Positions 26,101-58,938 of a stretch of DNA of 64,000 bases are shown here, piece after piece. The DNA is from Balanoglossus misakiensis (Eukaryota > Animalia > Hemichordata). The notes below the pieces were generated by a model, which saw nothing but the letters and a program-made list of their open reading frames with translations, was not told the DNA's origin and did not search any database. A program made the translations under genes and the position numbers. The DNA lies in contig CM082587.2 of the NCBI GenBank assembly GCA_040954595.2, positions 9,057,403 to 9,121,402 on the forward strand. The letters are read 5' to 3'. Numbering within the stretch: position 1 is the first letter of the stretch; every line of letters starts with the position of its first letter.

Positions 26101-27593
26101 GGACAAGCCCACTAGTCCCTGGTTCTTTGCGTGTCTGGGGTTGTATTTTGTTACCTGTTGGAGCTGGTTCACCATCCTTGCTGGACAAGCCCACTAGTCC
26201 CTGGTTCTTTGCGTGTCTGGGGTTGTATTTGGTTACCTGTTGGAGCTGGTTCACCATCCTTGCTGGACAAGCCCACTAGCCCCTGGTTCTTTGCGTGTCT
26301 GGGGTTGTATTTGGTTTCCTGTTGGAGCTGGTTCACCATCCTTGCTGGACAAGCCCACTAGCCCCGGGTTCTTTGCGTGTCTGGGGTTGTATTTGGTTAC
26401 CTGTTGGAGCTGGTTCACCATCCTTGCTGGACAAGCCCACTAGTCCCTGGTTCTTTGCGTGTCTGGGGTTGTATTCGGTTACCTGTTGGAGCTGGTTCAC
26501 CATCCTTGCTGGACTAGCCCACTAGTCCCTGGTTCTTTGCGTGTCTGGGGTTGTATTTGGTTACCTGTTGGAGCTGGTTCACCATCCTTGCTGGACAAGC
26601 CCACTAGTCCCTGGTTCTTTGCGTGTCTGGGGTTGTATTTGGTTACCTGTTGGAGCTGGTTCACCATCCTTGCTGGACAAGCCCACTAGTCCCTGGTTCT
26701 TTGCGTGTCTGGGGTTGTATTTGGTTACCTGTTGGAGCTGGTTCACCATCCTTGCTGGACAAGCCCACTAGCCCCTGGTTCTTTGCGTGTCTGGGGTTGT
26801 ATTTGGTTACCTGTTGGAGCTGGTTCACCATCCTTGCTGGACAAGCCCACTAGCCCCTGGTTCTTTGCGTGTCTGGGGTTGTATTTGGTTTCCTATTGGA
26901 GCTGGTTCACCATCCTTGCTGGACAAGCCCACTAGTCCCTGGTTCTTTGCGTGTCTGGGGTTGTATTTGGTTACCTGTTGGAGCTGGTTCACCATCCTTG
27001 CTGGACAAGCCCACTAGCCCCTGGTTCTTTGCGTGTCTGGGGTTGTATTTGGTTACCTGTTGGAGCTGGTTCACCATCCTTGCTGGACAAGCCCACTAGC
27101 CCCTGGTTCTTTGCGTGTCTGGGGTTGTATTTGGTTTCCTATTGGAGCTGGTTCACCATCCTTGCTGGACAAGCCCACTAGTCCCTGGTTCTTTGCGTGT
27201 CTGGGGTTGTATTTGGTTACCTGTTGGAGCTGGTTCACCATCCTTGCTGGACAAGCCCACTAGCCCCTGGTTCTTTGCGTGTCTGGGGTTGTATTTGGTT
27301 TCCTGTTGGAGCTGGTTCACCATCCTTGCTGGACAAGCCCACTAGTCCCTGGTTCTTTGCGTGTCTGGGGTTGTATTTGGTTACCTGTTGGAGCTGGTTC
27401 ACCATCCTTGCTGGACTAGCCCAATAGTCCCTGGTTCTTTGCGTGTCTGGGGTTGTATTTGGTTTCCTGTTGGAGCTGGTTCACCATCCTTGCTGGACTA
27501 GCCCACTAGTCCCTGGTTCTTTGCGTGTCTGGGGTTGTATTTGGTTACCTGTTGGAGCTGGTTCACCATCCTTGCTGGACTAGCCCAATAGTC
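20162..27593. repeat. 82-bp tandem satellite array, ~90 copies
   Basis: Unit GTCTGGGGTTGTATTTGGTTACCTGTTGGAGCTGGTTCACCATCCTTGCTGGAC(T/A)AGCCCA(A/C)TAGTCCCTGGTTC(T/A)TTGCGT. No indels seen; ORF-track period is 82. Confidence 0.98.
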
Positions 27594-27634
27594 ACTTTTG
27601 TCTTGCTAAAGGTTCTCAATAATCTTCCTGTGTT

Positions 27635-27933
27635 TGCTTGCTTTGGGCGAGTCTTTGGTTCTGAGCTGAGTTTCGACCAATGTGATCAGATGCCTTGCGC
27701 ACCCATAGGAGCCACCCTTGGAGCCATGTCTACATCCTTGCAGAAGAAGTCACAAGATTGCAGTCCCTCTTCAGCATCATTGATGTCTTTGTGCGCGATG
27801 TGCTTGCTTTGGACGAGTCTTTGGTTCTGAGCTGAGTTTTGACCAATGTGATCCGATGCCTTGCGCACCACCCATAGACTTGGAGCCCGTCTACATCCTT
27901 GCAAAAGAAGTCACAAGATTGCAGTCCCTCTTC
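27635..27933. repeat. Two diverged tandem copies of a ~166-bp unit flanking the satellite
   Basis: TGCTTGCTTTGG.CGAGTCTTTGGTTCTGAGCTGAGTTT.GACCAATGTGATC...GAAGTCACAAGATTGCAGTCCCTCTTCA at ~27635 and ~27801. Confidence 0.85.
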
Positions 27934-28991
27934 AACTCCTTTATATCTTTGCGCGCGCTGTTTTCGCTTCCTCCATTGTTCTTTCGCGTATTATAAATAA
28001 AAAATATGTATGTGTGTGTGGAAATTTTAACATTCATGTCTTTCTATGTATTTTTCCTCAGTGTTAGGGGGTACGTCTTTAATGAAGTTTTCCCAATGGC
28101 TATAACAGATGAGAAGGTTTCAATTTGCAATATATTTGAGAATAACCACATACATGACTAACCCGATTTGATGATGAAAAACAATTGCAATAGATCCTTC
28201 AAGTCCAGTGTAGTTTCCTGGGATCAGTTCATTAGTTGCTTTCCACATTGTGTGTGTAGTTTTCAATATACCGGTATATCTGTTTTATTCTTTATGTACG
28301 TACTTATGAAACAGGTTTGATGAGTGTGTGTATGTGTGTTTTGCAGAGATTTGTTTTTTTACAAAATGCTGTGTGTGTGTATCACATGGGGTTTCAATAT
28401 GCTTTAGCTTCACCTTGTGAAGCTAAAGCATATGGAACTGTTTTGGTGTGTGTGTTTTATAGAGATTCTTTTTACCAAATTCTGTGTGCGAGTGTTTACA
28501 GCACTAGATTATTTGATGAAAATTTTCTTGATAAATACGTAAATAATGTGTTTGCAGAAGCCATTTAGATTTAATTTATTTTTATTTTTTTGGGTGGGGG
28601 TGGGGTAATAAATTCGCTCATGAAATAGCATGGCTTACAGGGAACATGTTATTTACACTTTTTGAACAATAAAAAGTTGACATTGATTTCACTGTTTAAA
28701 GTGATCTTTTTTCTATATTTTATACACTTTCCTTTATAATCAATGCTTAGAGGTCTTCGATGAAGTCTTTCCAATCTTATATCAGATGAGCTTTCAATTT
28801 GCTTTTGCTTGACATTACAAAATGCTGTGTGAGTGTTTACAGCACTTCCACTTTTTGATGACAATTTTCTTGATAAATGCATAAATATTGTGTTTGCAGA
28901 AGCCATATAGGCCTAACTTTTTTATATTTGGTGGGGGAGAGGGGCAGTAAATTCTTTTATGAAATTAACATGGCTTACAGGGAACACAATA

Positions 28992-29306
28992 TTTAAGCAA
29001 TAAAACACCCCCAGCCATGGTATATCACGAGATTTTGACCAGTTCACGACATATACGCACGAGCGATAGCGAGTGCGTATATGGAGTTGAACTGGTCAAA
29101 ATCGAGTGGTATACCATGGCTGGGGGTGTTTTATTGCTATTATATTATGCCAGTATATATACTTTGCATAAAACATTTTAAAAAGGCATTTTCTTTAACT
29201 ATGATATATGACTGTGGTATATGGCTAATATATCACGGTCACGTGTCGTGTCTCGACCAATCAAATAGCGTGATTTACACCATCAATATACTGGTATAAT
29301 ATAATT
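28992..29306 (+). mobile_element. Crypton-like hairpin element, copy 3
   Basis: Reverse complement of 3642-3958. Inserted into a local repeat whose uninterrupted copy lies at ~28633-28676. Confidence 0.8.
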
Positions 29307-31128
29307 ACGCTTTTTGAACAAACAAAAATTTACATTAATTTCATTTTTTGAAGTAATTTTAATTACATAAATTACATATTTTATACACTTTCAGTTACTT
29401 TACATTTGAATTTTTTCCTCAATTCTCTGGGGTCTCTAATGAATTTTTTTCCAATTGCTATATCAAATCAGAAGTTTTCAATTTTCTTTTGCTTGACATT
29501 AAAGTGAACCCGTCTGCGATTGCGCACTGAGTCTGTCAATATGGGCTATCGTCTATTGATTATTAACAGACTCAGTGCGCAAGTGCGGTGCGATGACATT
29601 CATCTCAGAACCCCCATTTGTTGGGGATCTTTGATGAAGTTTTCTCAGTGGCTGGAATTGATAAGGTTTCCGTCAAGGCTATCTCTTCAGGACCAGTATA
29701 GTTTCCTGTGATCAGTACATTAGTCACTTTTGACACAACTTATGTGTGCCACGTTCAAAGTTTGATGTTATTCTTTTTATTATTCCTGTTTTAAAATGAA
29801 ATTTATGATTTTGCGTTTGCTTGACATGCAAAGTGCTAATATTTATTGAACGTAGTTTGAATGAGACTTAGTCTTATTTACATTAAGGTGCACTATCTGT
29901 AACATTTGGTGACTCTTTCAGTAATTTTGGTCTTATGATTGGCCAATAATAACAATTTTCTTTGCCAAATGTTATAGGTAGTGTCCCTTTAATTGTGAAC
30001 ATTATATACAGAACAGTATAACACAAAACAAGTTATAATTTTCTGAGAACACTTTTTTTTATTAAGTGATGAACTATTAGTATTTTTCAGTTTTACCTGA
30101 AAGCTGCAATACGAATTTTTAATATTTTCTTACTCTTTCTGCTATTTAATGCCAGATTAGCAAGTTCATTTAAAAGTTAGGTTTTCAAGAGACATTAACT
30201 TAAAATACAATTATTTTCAAATATGATGAATCTGTATAGTTACTTACGCTTTCCCAGAGGGTTTCCCTTATCTCGAAATAAGGGTTTTACTTCTGGGTTT
30301 TGGTGCGGGGTAAATTTTCAATTCATCCAATAAAGTATGTGAAAATTACCTGTATTGTGTATGTGTATGCATTTGGATGTGGTAGTTGGAATGCAGACTT
30401 GGTTGAATGAAAATGGAGACAGTCTGAGTAGTATGTATAACTTGAGCTAGTAAAATTTGTGCCTCTGTCAAACTTGGAAACTGTAGGATGTATCATAGTG
30501 ATAGTTGATGTGTGTAGATGTGATGTGGTGACTGGATGTATACTTGTTGACGTGAAATTGCAAATCAAGATGGAAACCTCAAAAATGGGAAACTTCATAA
30601 ATTTAACAGCTTTCTGGGAAGTTGAATTGGGAAGGAGTAAAACGTGTTGTGAGGAATGCCAGGGGGGGAGAATAGCCATGCTGTTCTGACAATACTCCCT
30701 AGTTGAAGTCATTAACACCTCACTGAAGTTGAATAAATGGTACATGTAGGGAATGAATATTTTGTGAGGAAATTTATAGGGGGAGTGCAACATGTGCGTG
30801 GGAACAGCCTCAGTGATGACTCATCATAGTCCAATCCAATGAGAATGTTGAGCAGTTGTACAATGAACTTGGACTTCAAGAATGTTTGCAGGCGCCAATA
30901 ACAATTCATTTATCAAAATTCATTTACTTGAAGTTTGCACAAAACATATGAAAATTAAAAAAGGGAAGTGAATGAATTTAATTGAAAAACCACCACCTGT
31001 ATATCAGCTGCAGTGTATCAAACCATGGAGGTACTAGTGCCTCCATGGTTACAGCGGCCGAAACATTGCGACCACTCGCATTTGCGTGACCATCGCCGTG
31101 GCCTTCGTCATACTGTACATGCCGTTAA

Positions 31129-31988
31129 GGGACCGTTCAGTTTTTACGGCTGGGGGCGGGGGGTCGGCAAGTTTGTGTCATCGGTTTTCAAAATCAGGCC
31201 GACCCCCCTTCACCCAGCACCGAAAAATGATGACCCCCCCCCCCCTTTGACAGACCCAAAAATATGATGACCCCCCCCCCCCACGCTGAAAACATTCGCA
31301 GTCCTGATCCTATGTACACTGTATGCAATAAAGGGAATGAGGCTCCTCACACCTCAATTATAAATTTCTTAAAGTAATTGAATTATATAATAATATCGTT
31401 GCAAGAAAGAAATCTATGAACAAAATAAAATGACAAGTCAATACAATAGTTGCTAGAATTGGTAAAACAAGAAAAGTGGCATGTTTGGGAGGACCAATTT
31501 TACTTTTTGCCATTCCACTCAAAGTTAGAAGATTTGGCGTCATCTACGTCATGACATCATTTATAAAACTTCCAGCATATAGAAGATGCAGCACGAAACT
31601 ATCAGTTATGCGAAATGGTTTAAACGATTACTCTCCTTTATGTATTTACTTTGTTAAATATTATCATCAGTGGGGTTGGGGTGGCACGCACTCTGCCCTG
31701 GTACACTAGACAAACCAGCAAAAATCGAAATGTGGCGGAGAATGTAGGGGGTGGGTGTGGAAGGGGGTGTCCCCCTCCCTCATTAGAAAATTTTGTAAAA
31801 TAAAGGGCGCGAAACTGCAATTTTGTGGACTCAAAAGCAAAAGTTCGGTGGCAAAAGTATGTGCCCCCCCTAAACGTTAAAAAAAAAAAAGATGACCCCC
31901 CCTTTTGGACTTCAAAATTTAAGTGACCCCCCCCCCCCCTGGATTTTGCCGCCCCCCCCCCTCCCGGCTGTAAAAACTGAATGGTCCC
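31129..31988. mobile_element. PIF/Harbinger-type MITE
   Basis: TAA TSD (31126-31128, 31989-31991). TIR GGGACCGTTCAGTTTTTACGGC...GGCTGTAAAAACTGAATGGTCCC. Confidence 0.85.
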
Positions 31989-32070
31989 TAAAGATTATGG
32001 GGTGAGAACACCGCCAAAAATAGCTTATGTCTTTATTTGGTAGTTTTCTCATCATTATTATGTTATTATG

Positions 32071-32422
32071 TCATTATTTGGCCATTACCTTGGCCATTAT
32101 TTGGTTCGCTCGACATTACCTCGGCCATTATTTGGTTCGCTCGACATTACCTCGACATTACCTCGGTCATTATTTGGTTCGCTCGACATTACCTCAACAT
32201 TACCTCGGTCATTATTTGGTTCGCTCGATATTACCTCGACCATTACCTCGGCCATTATTTGGTTCGCTCGACATTACCTCGGCCATTATTTGGTTCGCTC
32301 GACATTACCTCGACATTACCTCGGTCATTATTTGGTTCGCTCGACATTACCTCGACCATTACCTCGGCCATTATTTGGTTCGCTCGACATTACCTCGACC
32401 ATTATTTGGTTCGCTCGACATT
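32071..32422. repeat. Compound minisatellite of 29-bp (CATTATTTGGTTCGCTCGACATTACCTCG) and 11-12-bp (CATTACCTCGA[C]) subunits
   Basis: Directly visible. It explains the three overlapping repetitive ORFs at 32027-32672. Confidence 0.9.
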
Positions 32423-33114
32423 ATCTGACCTGCTTTATTATTTGAACTCTTGCTCGGTACCCAGAATTCATTGCACAAAATGGCGACGGTATGAAAGTTT
32501 CGCAGGCCGTGGCCGACGACAGTCTTGTAAACTGCACGCGTGGGTAAACAGTCAGGCCTCGAACTTAACGCCGGCCCAGTTTTGTGTCTTTATATGCCGT
32601 TTTTTCTTATTTTATCGAAGATATAATCGGCCGTCAACGCGCTGGCTGGGTTACGCGATTAAAGTTCATTGATTGATATGTAAATTAGGAGAAGCCAACG
32701 TACGCGCGCGTTGGTGAACCCGACCTGACCCCTTCCACCCCATGCCCAGGCCATGCGCTCACTGCGTAAGCGTGTCTAAATATAGCTCGGATATATTTGC
32801 ATAAATTACTGCTTTGTTCTTCTGAAGTTTGCCTGATAGAATAAAAATGAGTCTTAAAGTTTGGGTTTACTAAAACTTAGAAGGAAGTTTGTACTTAGTG
32901 TGCCATCAAAGTGGGAAAGGAAAGGAAAGACAAGGACACTGCCAGGAGTCTAATACATCCAAGATGGACCAGAGAGCAGTGAATAATTCATGTATTTTTC
33001 CAGAACACCTATAGTCAGCACATGACATTACATACTTGAAAAGGGAAATTTTTTAAATCAAAACATTTCAGCTGATCCTGCTGATATTTTTTTTCAAAAT
33101 AGATTTCTCGACTA

Positions 33115-33226
33115 TGGTCGAACGTTGATTCACTACACATCCACATGCAGAATAAAATAAACAGTCTCTTGTATCAAACATAATTAATGCAAAAAAGGCA
33201 GCGAGCGAGAGACCTTGTCCCTTTAA
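33115..33226. mobile_element. Terminal fragment of a dispersed repeat ending TTGTCCCT-TTAA (Kolobok-like); second copy 63118-63228
   Basis: Both copies share TGGTCGAACGTTGATTCACTA..ATCCACAT..AGAATAA...CATAATTAATG..AAAA..GGCAGC...TTGTCCCTTTAA. Confidence 0.55.
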
Positions 33227-34112
33227 GCCTGGCGTGTGTTACCCAGTCTGTCCGAGTCTGTTTGTGTGAAAGTCTGCATCACATAGGTAACTGAGGCCGA
33301 TTTCTGTTCCACCGATACATCAGTAACTTCTTCAAATGACACGTAACTATTAAAGTTGCACCGATTGTCATTGAATCTTTAGCACGCTAAATTTACGGTT
33401 TCGGAATTACTAGTAAACACTTTGGCATACACGGAAAATGTAGCCAATTTTTGCCACCGTCATTGACACAATGCAGGTTTATTTTGAAGGCGAAAACACC
33501 AGTCACATTTTCCATGCTTGTTTTATTTATTTATTCAGAATAACTTCCGTATAATATCGAAAAAGATAACAAAACAACTTGAATATTTAGGTATCATTAA
33601 CTGGTTCATTAACAATCTAAAGTAATCAATGGGGATATCAAGAAATTGCTACAATTTAATATTCCTCATATTCTACATTCATATGTTTATCATTCCTTTA
33701 TAGTTGTTTCTTTTGGAAAGTCTGTGATCATGCCCGTTCCCTTGTAGTTTCGCCAGATTGGGCGGTTCCGACCAGGCTGAAAAGAAGAAAAATGAGTTAA
33801 AGTGTCATTCGTGTGTCTAGGGGAAAGTGTGATAATAGGTAACCGATCTGCAAGTGGAATACAGACCGAATTATGTGCCAAGCAATGCAATGCCCCAGCT
33901 ATTTTACTTTGTGTCGATTGACGCCCTGTTACATGCCAGCTCCTGGTCTTTTGAATTGATTTATGAATAATGAGACTTGCATGGTTGAAAAAAAAAAAAA
34001 ACGGGAACCACACGTGCTGCTCTGGTGTCCGCTCGTTTGTGGTAACACGACACTGTTTGACACTGGAGTGACTGGCAATATGAATAAAGCAGCAGAAGGT
34101 CGTGACGTCACC

Positions 34113-54119
<20,007 letters not shown>

Positions 54120-57100
54120 CGTCTAGATATTTAAAAAAAATAACAAAGGTGAAATTGATTTCATCTGTAAATATTGGACCATTTTCAGCGATGTGGTTAC
54201 CATTTGAATAATTGATGATGTGTTGCTTTACAGTAAGAAAGTGCAGTACCCGGTTTTAATTGGCAGTGAGCACTTTTTCATCGCCTCTGAATATGGGCTT
54301 AGGGGAGAGCCATGTGATTTCGGGAAGGGGGTGGGGGGGTGGAGGATTTGAGTTTGTCAGCAATTTTCTTTCAGCCACTGTTACAGCATACATTTTATCC
54401 TATTACCAGTCCACCCTTTATCTTCAAGAAGTCATTGTTCCCTTCGCACCATCTGTCACCAACAATTTTGTTTTTACAGAAATACTCCTCACCCCGAAAA
54501 CGGTTATCCCCTAATATAATACTATCAAAGAAGGCAATTAAACACTTTTTCATCACAACCAATCTCTGTTTTTGTAGGTAATCAGACAGAGATAATGCTC
54601 AAAACCTTTTGCTCAGCACGTAGTAGCCCTCACAGAACTAACATGTACATGCATGAGTAACATACATAATATGAACTCTGTCTTCCTCTGCTGTCGATAT
54701 TCCTTTCTGTTTTTATCAACTGTGATATTCCATCACAAATGCTTGACAAAGTAGTTTCTGTAGGCAGACTTCACCACTTATTCTTGTGATACCCCAACAC
54801 AGTCACATTGGACTTCAATGGACATTTGCAGTCCAACTATATACCCCGAAATGCCAAAAACAAAAGTACCTACCGACAAGGACCAGTGTGACGACGTGTC
54901 TGTCGACCAGTGTGGAAAACTACAAGCTCAGCACGATCAGTCGTCTAGAATGAATAGGGGTTTACCCCCGTTCGCATTTATGCCTAATCCGTCAGCTGCC
55001 ACTCATTATCCACTCCTGTATGGACAAAATCAGTGCGATAATTCTACATGGGCTGATTTGAGCGGAATGGCGTGGGAATCTTTAACTCGGCGAACAATAC
55101 ATGTATTTACAAAATGATAAATGGCCAACAAAGTAAAACAAGTCAGAGGTTATATATCGCTAGGTAACATGTTATGTCTATGTTAAACATACTGTATAAA
55201 TAAGTTTGCAACTAATCAATGACGTCGGTGACTGGTGCCAACTAACATTCCTGTGATAGTTTGCACGGGGTGTTATTATTTCAACGGAAATGAATCATGA
55301 ACTGCTTGCACTCTTACGGATTTAACTTACAACCACTGCAATTTCTTCTGTCTTCCTTAGACCAAAAGAAGATTTAAGAGATTTTCGTTTGAGCATCCTG
55401 AAGAAGAGGGGAGGGGGGGGGGGTTATCGTAGAGTAAGTTGCAAAATCTGTCAGTTCCAATCGAAAATGGCCTATCTGCGTATTGACACTGAGTATAAAT
55501 GCTTTGCTGTTTGTCTATTGCTGTATCTGATGTTCTCGTACATTTATTTCCCGATCTATAATGCATCATATGGAAACAGGCCAAGAGGTCGTCATTCACA
55601 ATGGTCGTTCAGATTTTTTTCGGAGAGGAGGGGGGGGGGAGGTTGTAATGACTTTGACTGCCTGAAAAGTACAATTGCGGAACCCGACTGTTTTGCATGT
55701 CGCCTCTGTAAATCCCATTCGATCACAAAATGACAGGTGCTGTTTCAATTTTGCCATGTGTCCCAGTATAATACAGAAACAAAACAAGTTATCACGTGGT
55801 GTTAGAACAAAGCTTTCACGTGTAATATAGCTCAATTACCGGTCATCTGCATATCTGCCATATAGATCCTCTTAGCCGTAATACTATCTCATATCTATTT
55901 TGTAGAATCCCTAGCTAATATTAACGCTGATAAGCTACATATCACTTGAACATCCTTTTCATAATTTATACAGTGTGACACAGGCATTATGGAATGTTTG
56001 CAACTCGAGCTGGAGTTGACGGAATATACTTGAAAAGTAGGAACATTGATTACTTTACAATTTATCCCTTTTGTCATACAGTCGAATATGGTGTGTTGTT
56101 TTACATGCAAGTGGTGAGGCGACAAAATACACACATCAGAGTGATACTATGTCAACATTCTATGAGTGATTTATTCTCTAACTTCTAAATATAAGAGAAT
56201 CATTTACTTTTGTATTGAAAAGCGATGATCCTGATGGTACTATTTAATGTTTTGCAAGGCAAAAGACAAATATCACAAAGGTCAGACGGAAGTGGTGTTT
56301 GATGTTTACTGGTGTTCAATGTTTTGCAAGGCGCAATGTTTTGCATAGTCGAACATCTTCGACAGTACACATATAACAGTATAACTGACCACACAACGAA
56401 TATCTGACCGGGTTTTGAAGGTTGTTAAAAAAGCTGTCAGCATATATAAATTTCACGGCAGAATCTGTTCGGTTTTATCCAGTTGCTTGGAATGGCCATA
56501 TCTGCATGAGAGTGGAAATCTATGCTTGCGAGTAGGCATGCGCAGCATTCAATACCATAGAGTTAGCACAAATGCTTCCATTTTGCGGTTGAGTTTCTGT
56601 CCGTCAAACAAGTTACCTAATCTTGAACAGCAACTGATGTTTTTTGAGACGGTCTGCTTGATGTATGCTGTCACTTTTCGTTTGTCTTTAATTAAAATAT
56701 CAATTCTCGCACTGTGTTCTAGATGTCTGTGAATTTTACTTGGACTTCCAGTTGATGAGAAAGGTTGCTGATGGAAACGTTAACGTGTGGAATTTTGCCA
56801 ATCGCGACACGTAGAACGGGTTCATTTTTTTCAGCAAGTATGCCAGTCATAACTTTCCAAAATACTTTCTGATGCTGCTCTCGGTGTTGTCGTGTCCGGT
56901 TTTTTCTTAGTAAAATGTGGGGATTTGTGTAGAGAATGTGCAATGTGTTTTTCAAAAGTAAGCCATTTCAAAATTGTATCCACAATAGAACAAGCCATGC
57001 ATGATGTTGCAGTCTTCAGTGAAGGAAGTGACTTGGCATTGTGTCGATGAATGTTGGCTCCAGAAAGTGTATAGCAAAGGCTGTGGAAAAGAAAGAAAAA

Positions 57101-58071
57101 CACAAAAAATAGCAAAATAATTGCCTGAATTATACAAATATGAAATCTGAAGAATCTGCCTTGAAATGTTATCTGATAAGAAATATCCAACTAGAACAAA
57201 ACGCACTCAAGCTCAGTTCGACTACGGTTAGAAAAAAATGGGAGTGGGAAGGTCAAAAAGAAAGGATAGAAGAAAGAAATGTATATGATAAGATAAAAAG
57301 GAGAAGAGAATTTGTTAGCACAACTAGACTAGAAATGCTCAATTTTAATGTAGAAAAAAAACGTAAAATGAGTTTTGAGCTCAAACATTTTAAAGTACTA
57401 ACACTTTTCCACTCCATGGAAAAAGGATGATAATTTCTTATATATAGGGACACACTGCTGAAATTTGTCGAAACATTACCATAAGACGAACAGCATTAAA
57501 TGTAAGTTGGGGAAAAGTTGATCGATCACCTCAAGGGTGTTTTCCCACTGGTACCGAATGTTCTCCATTGTTCATTCAAAGTCCATTCCATTGTTCATTG
57601 TTCTAACAATTTCATTTGATCACACATGGAATATTCCTTTCTTTAATTGTCTCTGATTGGATAGTAATAGTTCTAGGTTCTAATTGGATACTAATATCAC
57701 TACGTCATATGCATCTTTAATCAAAGTCACGTGAGAAATATTTGTCAGCAGATTTTAATCAACCTCCGATTAATCATCACCAAGTGAAAAACATTAACTG
57801 GGAAGGTCTGAAGTAGGGCGTTACAGTACTGGGTTGAACTGAAATTTACCAGTAGTAACAGTAGTTCGATTCCTAAATAGTTTTTTGACGTGTTTTTTTT
57901 CTGGTACGCCTATGAAAAAAAGTTTGTACATAGAAATCAAAGTTCGCCCGAACATTTATAGGGGGTGCACCAAAATACAGATAGTTGCTTCCTGTCGATA
58001 AAATATCAAAAATTCAAGATTTTAAAGGATTTCGCAGGTTCTTTTTACATATTTATGTTCATTTTGAATAA

Positions 58072-58543
58072 GGCTGCATTCACAAACACCTCTGGAGGGG
58101 GGGGGGGCGGGAGAATTCAATTTTTTTACCGCTAATTTTCACATGCCCCCCGTACACAACCCAAAATATTTTCAAATCCCCCCTACCGAACTGCCAAAAT
58201 TTTGAAATTACCGGTATGTTGGGGAGGACAAATTTAACCGTCGCCGCTCAAAGTTATCATGCGGTGGGGGCAAGTCCCCTGACCTGGGACACTAGATAAA
58301 CCAGTCAATGATTGAAGGGTGTTGATGAACGGAGGGGGTGGGTGTGGGAAGGGGTGTCCCCCTCCCACATTAGAAAATTTTGTAAAATAAAGGGCGCGAA
58401 ACTGCATTTTTGTGGACTCAAAATAAATATTTAGTCGTCAAAGTTTTCAAGTCCCCCCCCTTTCAGTCCCTAAATTATTTCAAATCCCCCCCCCCTCAAT
58501 TCTCCCGCCCCCCCCCCCTCCAGAGGTGTTTGTGAATGCAGCC
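58072..58543. mobile_element. PIF/Harbinger-type MITE (different TIR family)
   Basis: TAA TSD; TIR GGCTGCATTCACAAACACCTCTGGAGGGG / CCCCTCCAGAGGTGTTTGTGAATGCAGCC. Confidence 0.85.
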
Positions 58544-58813
58544 TAATAGTCTGAAGAATATTTTCTTCTGTTTTTGAACTCTCTCCCAAGATCTAATGGT
58601 TCGTCCCTAAGCTGACAGCAAATGCCCGCTGTCGGGCAATTATTAACCCAATCCAATTTTTCATGTCGGGTTCGGAAGCATAACTTTAGTGCATGCGCAA
58701 CAAAGTACATATAGTATACTTCGAGAGCAATCATGCGCACGGGTATGTTTCGATGAATAATGAAGTGGAGGAACCCCCAGAATGCATTGCAAAAATAATA
58801 AATAAACAAAAAA

Positions 58814-58825
58814 CAAGATGGCCGC
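58814..58825 (+). promoter_or_regulatory. YY1-type motif (CAAGATGGCCGC) near the probable CABIN1 transcription start
   Basis: Matches the AAGATGGC YY1 core, in a CpG-richer patch about 120 bp upstream of the ATG exon end. Confidence 0.45.
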
Positions 58826-58938
58826 GGCCAGGAGGTTAACTTTGACAGCGCGCAGCTAGCTCAGCTCAGCGCGGTATGACAGAGAATCGTCCCTGACGTT
58901 GTTTGGTATAGAAGACGACGATATATGTTAAAGAAAAC

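Noticed and set aside
20162-27593. Dozens of 76-aa ORFs (MSGVVFGYLLELVHH...) and a CRISPR-like appearance
   Set aside because: The 82-bp unit is not a multiple of 3 and has stops on both strands within three units. There are no unique spacers or cas genes, and the context is eukaryotic.
20162-27593. Minus-strand CAG|GTAACC donor-like and CCCCAG| acceptor-like motifs in each unit (repeated exon array?)
   Set aside because: The implied intron is only about 20 nt, too short for normal spliceosomal introns, and the exon would be 62 nt (frame-shifting).
29520-29582. Small hairpin TTGCGCACTGAGTCTGT...ACAGACTCAGTGCGCAA as a pre-miRNA
   Set aside because: More likely a MITE remnant. The stem is short and there is no expression evidence.
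30323-30909. 156-aa and 65-aa minus-strand ORFs
   Set aside because: No recognisable motifs, and no convincing splice context or codon pattern by eye.
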